DNA of 31,461 bases from a virus: the IMG/VR virus record IMGVR_UViG_3300045988_077615; one strand, 5' to 3'. A program made the position numbers and the translations under genes. Within the stretch, counting starts at the first letter, position 1, and each line of letters starts with the position of its first letter. The notes below the pieces were generated by a model that was not told the origin of the DNA, ran no database searches, and saw only the letters and a list, made by a program, of their open reading frames with translations. Of this stretch, positions 7,155 through 14,647 are shown in pieces.

Positions 7155-8876
7155 CTATACATCAATCTCGGGCCCCCAGCAAGTACCTACCTCAACATCG
7201 GCTACCAGAGGGCAGTCAAAGTGAGGCAGAGGCTGCTCCATAGTCTCCTTAATCATACACGCTGTGGTCTCGGCTAGGTCCTCTGGCACGAGCACCAGAA
7301 CAGCGTCATGTACCAGACCCAGTATGTGGCTGTCTCCCTCAAGGCGAGACCACACCTGTACGGCGGCCCTCAGCATGATGTCGGACCCAGTGCCCTGTAC
7401 CTGGCTATTGACAGCCTGGCGCTCAGCCGCTGCTACCTCGTACTCATCACTGCTGTACAGACCTGGCAGGTGCCTACGCCGGCCAAACATCGTGCTGGAG
7501 TACCCCAGCTGGTGTGCCTTAGCTTTAGCCCTGGCGTGCCAGGGCCTAAGGCCAGACCAGTGCTGGAAGAAGTCCTCGCGGAACTGCTCAGCCTCATCCA
7601 GAGTAATGTCCGTACCGTAGCTAACCTTCGCGAATTGGACGAAACTCTTAGCACTCATCCCATATAGGAAGCCGAAGTTAACAATCTTAGCTTTCCTTCG
7701 GTCAAACGAGTTGTCTGGGTCAAGACCAATAGCACGTGTGGTCTGTGAGTGAATGTCCCCGCCCTGCCTGTACAGCTCGAGCATGTTCTTGTCACGCGAG
7801 ACCACAGCGGCTACGCGCAGCTCAAGCTGGCTGTAATCAGCCTCGATGATCTTATAGCCCTCAGGGGCAGCTACCAGACCTCTTATGTAGCGATCCTTCG
7901 GAACCTGCTGGAGGTTCACTCCGACTCCGTCACACACTTTGCCTGATGATAGCCTACCCGTGACTGTGCCGTGCAACTTGAATGAAGTATATAGACGTCC
8001 TTTACCGTCTATTTGCTCTTTATAAGGGGTAATAAAACCGTCTATATTCTTCTTTAAGCGTGACCTTTCCAATAGTGTTTTAGCAATAGGGTGATCCATA
8101 TATGCAAGTGCCTTTTTAGAAAGGCTAGGAGCACCATTGGGGAATGCTTTAGTTGGCTTTCCTACCTCCTTTTTGGGTATACCCAAATAGTCATATAGGA
8201 ACCACCGCTGAAAGTTAGTAGTACCCCATTTAACTTGCATACCTTCGGGTATTTCTGATGGTATTTCAGAGTCCAACTGGGCATCAATTTCAGCCAATTC
8301 AGAGGTGTATTTACGGCTAGCTATCTCGAGCTTATCACGGCTAATAGGTATGCCGTAATCCTCAGTCTCAGCTAGCATATTAATAGCCGGGACCACAACC
8401 TTACGAAGGAGCTTTTTCTGGTTAGGTGTGAGTTTACCTTTGTTAATTCTATAAAGCTCACGTGTGGCCAGGAGGTCCTTCTTCAGATAGGCGGCCATAG
8501 CTTCCGGATCAGAGTCATCCCACACACCGTCATAAGACCAATCCCCACCCATATAGTCAGACATGAGAGACTTAAGCCCAAGAGACCGGTTCTCGTCCAC
8601 CATATGGGCACCCAGCATAGTGTCTCCAGCTGCCTCAATATGAGCGCCGAAACTCTTAGCATAGACTATATCGAATTTAATATTGTGCCCCACCACGGGG
8701 GGTAATTTTCCACACAACCTCCGCAGCCTCTCGACCCAAGTCTCAGGGTGCTTGGAGGCCATGTGGAAAACCCGGGGCTTATCCTCAGGCTTATCCCCGA
8801 GAATGCCCACCATAAGCACGGCGGAGTCCTTAGCTCGGGGATTAAGCCCTGTGGTCTCGATGTCTAGAAATAGCAT
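7155..8876 (-). CDS. Family-A DNA polymerase with 3'-5' exonuclease domain
   Basis: Exo motifs: FLDIETTGL, NIKFDIVY, YLKKD. Pol motifs: A DYSQLELRV, B RRKAKIVNFGFLYG, C LVHDAV. Confidence 0.9.
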   Translation of the reverse strand: MLFLDIETTGLNPRAKDSAVLMVGILGDKPEDKPRVFHMASKHPETWVERLRRLCGKLPPVVGHNIKFDIVYAKSFGAHIEAAGDTMLGAHMVDENRSLGLKSLMSDYMGGDWSYDGVWDDSDPEAMAAYLKKDLLATRELYRINKGKLTPNQKKLLRKVVVPAINMLAETEDYGIPISRDKLEIASRKYTSELAEIDAQLDSEIPSEIPEGMQVKWGTTNFQRWFLYDYLGIPKKEVGKPTKAFPNGAPSLSKKALAYMDHPIAKTLLERSRLKKNIDGFITPYKEQIDGKGRLYTSFKLHGTVTGRLSSGKVCDGVGVNLQQVPKDRYIRGLVAAPEGYKIIEADYSQLELRVAAVVSRDKNMLELYRQGGDIHSQTTRAIGLDPDNSFDRRKAKIVNFGFLYGMSAKSFVQFAKVSYGTDITLDEAEQFREDFFQHWSGLRPWHARAKAKAHQLGYSSTMFGRRRHLPGLYSSDEYEVAAAERQAVNSQVQGTGSDIMLRAAVQVWSRLEGDSHILGLVHDAVLVLVPEDLAETTACMIKETMEQPLPHFDCPLVADVEVGTCWGPEIDV

Positions 8877-9379
8877 TTCGTGAGCTCTTTAGCCAGCTTG
8901 TGCGCAGTACGGACGTCCGTGGTCGACTTGTACTCAATAGACGACTCTCCGATAGTGAAAGCCGTGGCAGTCCTGAACTTATTCAGTTTCCAGACAGAGG
9001 TCCTCGAACATTCAGTTACCCACGAGCGGTACCCTATGCTCAGGACAAGGAATTCGGCCCAAGAATAACCAGTGTCTGCACCGGCCCACAGCTGTTTACC
9101 CCAGTCAGAAAACAGGTCATCAAGATTGAACGCAATCACTGCAAGGTTGAATCCCTTAGCTCGAGGTACGTTAGGCTTGGCTGCCTCCCGGATATCTGAA
9201 CTAATGCCCGTGTAGTCGTGGATATCTCCATCGACCCACGAGCGGGTCATGACCCCGTGTGAGTTGTGTGGGTCCACAACGAGCTCACTAGGTGCGTACC
9301 CCAGACCTCGTGCGAAGATTGTAGGGTCCACACCGGGTGTGGCTGCGATGACCAGACGGTCAGACGGATTCACTAGCAT
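8864..9379 (-). CDS. Hypothetical protein (171 aa)
   Basis: ORF track. Operon packing between the helicase and the polymerase. No motif recognised. Confidence 0.6.
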   Translation of the reverse strand: MLVNPSDRLVIAATPGVDPTIFARGLGYAPSELVVDPHNSHGVMTRSWVDGDIHDYTGISSDIREAAKPNVPRAKGFNLAVIAFNLDDLFSDWGKQLWAGADTGYSWAEFLVLSIGYRSWVTECSRTSVWKLNKFRTATAFTIGESSIEYKSTTDVRTAHKLAKELTKCYF

Positions 9380-10724
9380 AAGTCTCTCCTAGAAGATAGT
9401 TGCGTGTATTCAGCATGATCTCTTTCCTGAACTCTGTGGCTTCCTGTAGGGAGGCCCACAGGGAGTCCTCTACAGTGTCCTGGGTCACCATCACGATGAC
9501 CTTCGGATCAGCCGCTAAGGCTACTCTATCAGACATCTGACGGTAGGTCAACGCCGAGGTAGGTAGCCCGTACCACACCAGCACTTCGGCCTCCCTCATG
9601 TCCACAGCAGTAGCAGCGACCTGAGGGTTGACTACCAGCACACCGTCCTTAGAAGCTTTCCAGGCGTCCAAGACCGATGTCTTGTCCTTGACCTTACCGT
9701 CCAGCCTGTATGTGTGGTCCAGGTGACACTCTATAGCTGTAAGGGAGTCCAGTAGCTCGCTGGCTACCACTATACGCCCTCTGTAGGCCTCCCTGAGGGC
9801 ATCCAGGGCCACAAGCTTATGCCCGCTGTACACTAGCCTGCCCTCACCTGTAGAGAGTCCCTCAGCGAGACGTCGGCACTTAGAGAACAGTGCTAGTACG
9901 CTATCGGCTCCTGTCTCGCCCTGAGCCTCCAGGACGTCTAGCTCATCCCTGACCATAGCCTGGTAGATGGACTTGCGAGACTCGTCTAGGAATACAGGCA
10001 CTGCCTCTTCATCAATAGCCTTGGTACCGATGGCGTCCTCACGGCTAATACTTATGGAATGCGCTTTAATAAGTGCCTGGTATTCCTCAGTATTTCTAGG
10101 CCCTAAATACTTAGGGAAGCCCCCAAAATTGGACCACTCGCCGAAGTACTCCCTAAACGACTTAGCAGAGGGGAATTCTTCCCTAATAGAAGGGTCAGAG
10201 AACACTAGCTGGGGATAAATCTCACCCACCATGTTGCGTTTACCCACAGGTGTGGCTGTCAGGCATACCCTATACCTAGCCGATTTAGCCATACCCACGA
10301 TACGCCTAGACCGTTTACTCGCAGGTGTCTTGATGAGGTGGGATTCATCCAGAACTATAGCTGAAGCATGGTATTCAGCACCCTTGAATAGTCCTTTAGG
10401 ATAACCCCTAGAGAACTTATCGTAGTTGATTAGCACGATCTTAGGCAGTGCTGTGGCCTCATAGGCCCCGTCATAGACAATATCCGCCTCAGGTCCCCAG
10501 TAATGCTGCTGTAGTTCCCTGACCCACACATCGACAGCAATTTTAGGGCAGACCACAACGATATACCTGACATCCCGGTTGTGCATAAGCCATGACAGCC
10601 AGTCGATGGTTGTCTTAGTCTTACCCGTACGTGTGTCCATAAGGAGCATACCGTGCTCTTTTTTAGCCAGCCACTTAACCGCGGCCAGCTGATAGTCTCG
10701 AGGTTTAGTGACTGGCTCAAACAT
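9360..10724 (-). CDS. SNF2/DEAD-like superfamily-2 helicase
   Basis: Motif I DTRTGKTKT, motif II VLDESH, and a C-terminal helicase domain (RQMSDRV). Confidence 0.8.
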   Translation of the reverse strand: MFEPVTKPRDYQLAAVKWLAKKEHGMLLMDTRTGKTKTTIDWLSWLMHNRDVRYIVVVCPKIAVDVWVRELQQHYWGPEADIVYDGAYEATALPKIVLINYDKFSRGYPKGLFKGAEYHASAIVLDESHLIKTPASKRSRRIVGMAKSARYRVCLTATPVGKRNMVGEIYPQLVFSDPSIREEFPSAKSFREYFGEWSNFGGFPKYLGPRNTEEYQALIKAHSISISREDAIGTKAIDEEAVPVFLDESRKSIYQAMVRDELDVLEAQGETGADSVLALFSKCRRLAEGLSTGEGRLVYSGHKLVALDALREAYRGRIVVASELLDSLTAIECHLDHTYRLDGKVKDKTSVLDAWKASKDGVLVVNPQVAATAVDMREAEVLVWYGLPTSALTYRQMSDRVALAADPKVIVMVTQDTVEDSLWASLQEATEFRKEIMLNTRNYLLGETYASESV

Positions 10725-10984
10725 TAGTTAATTGCTCCTTCAATCATCTTCTTGTACTGGAGTGTGGTCCCAGTACCCATCCTAGCAACCTCCACACCCT
10801 CGCGCAAGGCTATCACAGTTGGTACAGACATGATATTGAATTTACGCCCTAGGTCAGGATTGACCTCAACATCAACATACTCCCAACCAAGATAAGGGAA
10901 CTTTTGCATAGCCCTTTCAAAATTAGCCTTAGACTGCGGGCACTGTGAACACCACGGGGCACCAAGGAACAATAACTTCAACAT
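10724..10984 (-). CDS. Thioredoxin/glutaredoxin-fold protein
   Basis: WCSQC active-site motif, a cis-Pro VPT motif, 86 aa. Confidence 0.75.
   Translation of the reverse strand: MLKLLFLGAPWCSQCPQSKANFERAMQKFPYLGWEYVDVEVNPDLGRKFNIMSVPTVIALREGVEVARMGTGTTLQYKKMIEGAIN
10779..10807 (-). promoter_or_regulatory. Candidate internal promoter upstream of the SNF2 helicase
   Basis: On the - strand: TTGCGC (10802-10807), 17 nt spacer, TGC-TAGGAT (10779-10784). It lies inside the thioredoxin ORF, 55 nt before the helicase ATG. Confidence 0.4.
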
Positions 10985-11820
10985 TAGATTACTACCACCT
11001 TTGCTGAATAGATAGGCGCCTTATAGTCGACCGCCTTGAAACCCTTACCTTTGAAATTAAGTATACCTTGTTTGGCTGGAATAAACTCAACCTCACTCTC
11101 TACTCTAGCAGGTATTAGCATCCTATGCCAAACATCAAGATTCTGACAGTACACGTGGGCATTAGCTGTAGTGAACCTCAACTGCCCCGGACTAACCTCG
11201 TGCTCGTGCTTCCGCAGTGTATTAGTCATCAGGTGAATGAGCATCCACCCCTCAAGGGTGTCATAAGGTAGCCCACACACGATGTCTGTGGACCTGGCAA
11301 AGATGTCTAGGTTGACTCGACCTCCTACCACGTTGAACGCCCACACCACTGGGCACGGTGGGATACGCATAGACCCTATCTCGTAACCCTGCCAGGCAGT
11401 CCACAACGCTCGTTTAGTTGTAGGCTGGGCCACTAGACGGTCCACGACGTCCCGTACGGCGTCATAAGCCCCATCAGGACCTCCGTAGCGCCACTGGACG
11501 CCGTACATAGGCCCCAGCTCGTCTGTGGCCCATGGAGACCACATGCGCTCCACGTCGGGGGTGATCCTAGCACACCTGTCGTGCTGTGTGGCCCCTGACC
11601 CACTAAGCATCCAGTAGAGTTCTCGCTGAGCCATGTCCACAGACACCCTACGGGTCTGGGACAGTGGCGCATGTGTGTAGACCACACTCCATGACCCGTA
11701 GCACCAGTAGGGGTGATCCTGCCCTTCAGTGACTAGCTCAGCAGCTTGTCTAGACAAGTGGTATATGTTCTGGTCATACTCACACAGCACGGCGATAAGC
11801 CTCCGATGCGCACTTAACAA
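10984..11820 (-). CDS. Thymidylate-synthase-family pyrimidine C5 transferase with Asp at the specificity position (candidate dCMP methylase/hydroxymethylase)
   Basis: Collinear ThyA motifs: ELYWMLSG, LGPMYGVQWR, IPPCP (catalytic Cys), ARSTD, GLPYD (E. coli GLPFN), ANAHVY. Confidence 0.6.
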   Translation of the reverse strand: MLSAHRRLIAVLCEYDQNIYHLSRQAAELVTEGQDHPYWCYGSWSVVYTHAPLSQTRRVSVDMAQRELYWMLSGSGATQHDRCARITPDVERMWSPWATDELGPMYGVQWRYGGPDGAYDAVRDVVDRLVAQPTTKRALWTAWQGYEIGSMRIPPCPVVWAFNVVGGRVNLDIFARSTDIVCGLPYDTLEGWMLIHLMTNTLRKHEHEVSPGQLRFTTANAHVYCQNLDVWHRMLIPARVESEVEFIPAKQGILNFKGKGFKAVDYKAPIYSAKVVVI

Positions 11821-12535
11821 TTACGTAACCCGGTTCTTTAACCCATGAGCTACCATGTTTAGCCCAGTAGGTAAAGTCTCTAACCGCCTTATTGAAATTC
11901 TTAGCCAGGGTGTAATTAGTCACCCCATAAGAGACATCTGGACTTACATTATAGCCCATTCCTAGGTACTTATGAAAGGTCTCAAGAATAAACATACAGG
12001 CCTTTTTATTAAGGTCCCTATACCTGATTTCTCCCCAATTAAGCACTTCCATGCATTGTGGATACCAGTCACCGAAATTAAGGTCATTATAGTGCCTTGC
12101 ACCGTACTCTGGACGAGATCTAATGACCTCAACACCGGCATTACGAAGTACAGTTATACCCTGTTTATGCTCTCGCCAGTCTGGTGTTTTCAGAGCTGGA
12201 TCGAGCCACGGCCTGTCATACTCCAGAGACCCCCTGAACCCCGCCAGAAGCAGCGCTCTAGCGCACGGTGCGCAAGGCTCATAGGTCATAGCTATGTGGC
12301 CCTCCCTAAGATGATAGGGCAGCTCCATAAGCTGTTGTGAGGCCCACACCTCGGCATGAATGTACTCAAGGCACTGGCCGTCAGATGCAACGTCGTGGCA
12401 TTTAGGGCCAAGCTCAACGTTATGTGTGGATACCTGGTAATCCCCAGAGGTGTTTACGAAATAGCAACCTACCTTGCATTCAGGGTGGGAGGATTGCTGG
12501 GCAATCTCATAGGCTAGCTCAATCTCATTGATCAT
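11780..12535 (-). CDS. dCMP deaminase with ~120-aa C-terminal extension
   Basis: Zinc motifs HAE...PCAPC. Start placed at the ATG at 12535 (SD AGGAG 5 nt upstream) rather than the track's 12562. Confidence 0.75.
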   Translation of the reverse strand: MINEIELAYEIAQQSSHPECKVGCYFVNTSGDYQVSTHNVELGPKCHDVASDGQCLEYIHAEVWASQQLMELPYHLREGHIAMTYEPCAPCARALLLAGFRGSLEYDRPWLDPALKTPDWREHKQGITVLRNAGVEVIRSRPEYGARHYNDLNFGDWYPQCMEVLNWGEIRYRDLNKKACMFILETFHKYLGMGYNVSPDVSYGVTNYTLAKNFNKAVRDFTYWAKHGSSWVKEPGYVIVKCASEAYRRAV

Positions 12536-12818
12536 TATAGCTCCTAACAATAACCCGATCAAACTGCGGAAAAGTCTTCAGAATAGCTTCACAAGTAGGG
12601 CATACGTAGTTAATTATGTACGCAATGCCCGGGCGTGACCCCCCAACCTCATTTAGCAGCCTCATTACTGGGTGGATATAAGCCCCTCCGGGCTCCGGGT
12701 AATACTTACCTGGCACCCACCAGATACCGTCAGGGCTAGAGAAGACCACAGACGACATACATCCTCGCTCGGGCTTAATGTTCTGGATCATACGAGGGAT
12801 ATCCTTGAACTCATACAT
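12525..12818 (-). CDS. Hypothetical protein (97 aa), possible degenerate deaminase-like fold
   Basis: ORF track. IHPVMR...CPTCEAIL...RVIV loosely resembles H(A)E...PCxxC but lacks the catalytic Glu. Confidence 0.5.
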   Translation of the reverse strand: MYEFKDIPRMIQNIKPERGCMSSVVFSSPDGIWWVPGKYYPEPGGAYIHPVMRLLNEVGGSRPGIAYIINYVCPTCEAILKTFPQFDRVIVRSYNDQ

Positions 12819-13024
12819 CAGAATTCACTCCAATCACCGAACTCGTCCTTGTGGCCGTACTTAGCCTCATACTTGAACCCGAGCCACACACCAGCGATAG
12901 CCATTAGGATGAGGGCCACGTACCACAGGCCGTAGAAGATCATCCACGTGATCAGCACCCCCAGCCCGAGAGCAGCAGCGACAGCAGCGATGATACCGGC
13001 TATGTAGGCGATGAACTTAAGCAT
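12818..13024 (-). CDS. Small two-helix membrane protein (68 aa)
   Basis: Two hydrophobic helices. Start set to the ATG at 13024, which follows the conserved leader and SD. The track's start at 13087 lies inside the -35 box. Confidence 0.6.
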   Translation of the reverse strand: MLKFIAYIAGIIAAVAAALGLGVLITWMIFYGLWYVALILMAIAGVWLGFKYEAKYGHKDEFGDWSEF

Positions 13025-13087
13025 TGTTTTGAACCTTTCGTGTTGTTTTGATGTATTTAGCTTAGCACACTCTGTGGACCAGCGCAA
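13025..13087 (-). promoter_or_regulatory. Early promoter (extended -10) plus conserved CA-rich leader
   Basis: On the - strand: GGGGTTGCGC (-35 at 13082-13087), 17 nt spacer, GTGTGC-TAAGCT (13059-13064), then leader ACATCAAAACAAC..GAAAGG before the ATG. Confidence 0.65.
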
Positions 13088-13110
13088 CCCCTGATCCGAA
13101 AATGTTAACC

Positions 13111-13530
13111 TTAGTTAACCCACCCCGACTCATGCAGGATCAGCTCGACCTCCGACGGGTCAATCAGGTCATCCCGCATGCGTGCAGTGAGATACGCGAT
13201 AGCGAATAGAGCGGGCTCACACCTCATAGCCTTAGCAATACCCTCTAGGCCCTTACCGTAGCTGCGCACACGGGACAATACACGTCCCCATGAGGCCTTG
13301 CTGCCAATAGTGAGCTTCTTACAGAGCTGGCCTGCCTCAGCTGACACCCCAATAGCGAATGTCCACGGTGAGTGAGCTATAGCTACCCACCACTCCAAGG
13401 CGTCTCTGAGTTCATCAGGGTCCTCTGACCTTAATGCTGCCACAAGGACCTCAGTAAGGCCCGCCAAATCAGTCTCAAATTGCGTGGTCATATACAATGT
13501 GGTATGTATGTCTTGCCGTGAAACATTCAT
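13111..13530 (-). CDS. Hypothetical early protein (139 aa), paralog of 14186..14566
   Basis: Shares the core L..A.R..D...L..AL.....A.SPW.FA..V.A..G...K..T.G..A.W.RV with the 126-aa ORF (~40% identity by eye over ~60 aa). Confidence 0.65.
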   Translation of the reverse strand: MNVSRQDIHTTLYMTTQFETDLAGLTEVLVAALRSEDPDELRDALEWWVAIAHSPWTFAIGVSAEAGQLCKKLTIGSKASWGRVLSRVRSYGKGLEGIAKAMRCEPALFAIAYLTARMRDDLIDPSEVELILHESGWVN

Positions 13531-13592
13531 TCTTAGGCCTTTATAGTTGTTTTGATGTGACTTATCTTAGCACATTATTAGGGCTATTTCAA
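13531..13592 (-). promoter_or_regulatory. Early promoter (extended -10) plus conserved CA-rich leader
   Basis: On the - strand: GGGGTTGAAA (-35 at 13587-13592), 17 nt spacer, ATGTGC-TAAGAT (13564-13569), then leader ACATCAAAACAAC..AAAGG. Confidence 0.65.
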
Positions 13593-13610
13593 CCCCATTT
13601 AGGGGTAATT

Positions 13611-14009
13611 TCAGCGATTATTCTCGAGCCATTCCTCAGCCTTTTCCACAAGCTGGTCGTAGGTCAGCGTGTAGTCCTCATCGACCAGGTCGATCAGGTA
13701 GCTGATCAGCTCGAACACGGGGGTGTCCTCTATGGCCTCAGCGGTCTCAGGCAGGACCAGGACCTCCCCGAACTCCCAGTCGAGGGGGGTGTCCTCTGAC
13801 TGAGGGCCCTCCACACGCACCAGCACGGGATCAGTAGCGCCTACTGCGTGTGTGGCCCAGTACGCAGCCAGCTCCTCGATGGTCTTGCATCCACTCACAC
13901 CGTGCCTAACCTTGCTCTCGTCCTCGTCTGATGGCCAGCTGTACTGGGTCTCAGGGTCGAGCAGGTACTCAACCCCGCGCTTCCTGTCCTGGATCCTGTA
14001 GGCGATCAT
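13611..14009 (-). CDS. Hypothetical highly acidic early protein (132 aa)
   Basis: ORF track. Has its own promoter and leader. Very D/E-rich. Confidence 0.65.
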   Translation of the reverse strand: MIAYRIQDRKRGVEYLLDPETQYSWPSDEDESKVRHGVSGCKTIEELAAYWATHAVGATDPVLVRVEGPQSEDTPLDWEFGEVLVLPETAEAIEDTPVFELISYLIDLVDEDYTLTYDQLVEKAEEWLENNR

Positions 14010-14071
14010 GTGTTGTCCTTCCTGGGTTGTTCTGATGTGTCTAGACTAGCACACCTCCCCGCGATGTGCAA
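14010..14071 (-). promoter_or_regulatory. Early promoter (extended -10) plus conserved CA-rich leader
   Basis: On the - strand: GGGGTTGCAC (-35 at 14066-14071), 17 nt spacer, GTGTGC-TAGTCT (14043-14048), then leader ACATCAGAACAAC..GGAAGG. Confidence 0.65.
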
Positions 14072-14104
14072 CCCCTCAGTTTCTCGAATCTGACGGCCTA
14101 GCAG

Positions 14105-14176
14105 CACCTGACCCTACCAAGGATACCCCCCAGGCCTTTTGAGGCCGTTTAGGCGCATTCCAAGCAGGGTCAGGTG
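14105..14176. repeat. 11-bp inverted repeat CACCTGACCCT / AGGGTCAGGTG enclosing a small GGCC..GGCC hairpin
   Basis: 14105-14115 is the reverse complement of 14166-14176. Located in the intergenic region downstream of 14186..14566. Confidence 0.5.
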
Positions 14177-14185
14177 TGCTCTAGG

Positions 14186-14566
14186 TCAGGACCACCAACA
14201 GATGGCGACCGGAATGGCGTTGACTGCGTCAGGGTGCTGGCCACTCTTGTGCACCAGGCAGCACATGAGGGCGAGTGTGGCTAGGGCCTCGCCCTCGTGG
14301 CGGGCTGCCCACCCTGGGACCCGGGACCACGCTGCTCTGGTCCCGACCGTGTGGCGCTTGATCGTGGGACCACAGATGGCGTGGACAGCTAGTGCGAACG
14401 CCCAGGGGGACAAGGCTACATCGGACAGGGCCTTGAGTGCTGACTTGAGCGCAGCGATGTCGTCTGCCCGGATAGCCTCCAGGAGGTCACCTGCCAGGAC
14501 ACGCTCGTAGCCGGTCTCCCGTGTGGTCGCGTTGATGGTTGCAAGGATCTCTCGTCTCGTGATCAT
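14186..14566 (-). CDS. Hypothetical early protein (126 aa), GC-rich paralog of 13111..13530, leaderless
   Basis: Paralogy as described for 13111..13530. The ATG is 6 nt downstream of TGTGCTAGGGT. Clearly higher GC by eye than the genome average. Confidence 0.6.
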   Translation of the reverse strand: MITRREILATINATTRETGYERVLAGDLLEAIRADDIAALKSALKALSDVALSPWAFALAVHAICGPTIKRHTVGTRAAWSRVPGWAARHEGEALATLALMCCLVHKSGQHPDAVNAIPVAICWWS

Positions 14567-14601
14567 GGATCCACCCTAGCACAGGACCACACACCTGACA
14601 A
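14567..14601 (-). promoter_or_regulatory. Leftward early promoter (extended -10), leaderless
   Basis: On the - strand: TTGTCA (14596-14601), 17 nt spacer containing GGTGTGTGGTCC, TGTGC-TAGGGT (14573-14578), then 6 nt to the ATG at 14566. Confidence 0.6.
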
Positions 14602-14647
14602 GTCCCGCCCTGTGGTTCCCTCCTCCCCCAGACCCCCTCCTACCCTC

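Noticed and set aside
13025-13087. N-terminal 21-aa extension of the membrane-protein ORF (track start 13087)
   Set aside because: That start codon lies within the -35 box of the promoter for this same gene. The ATG at 13024 follows the conserved leader and SD.
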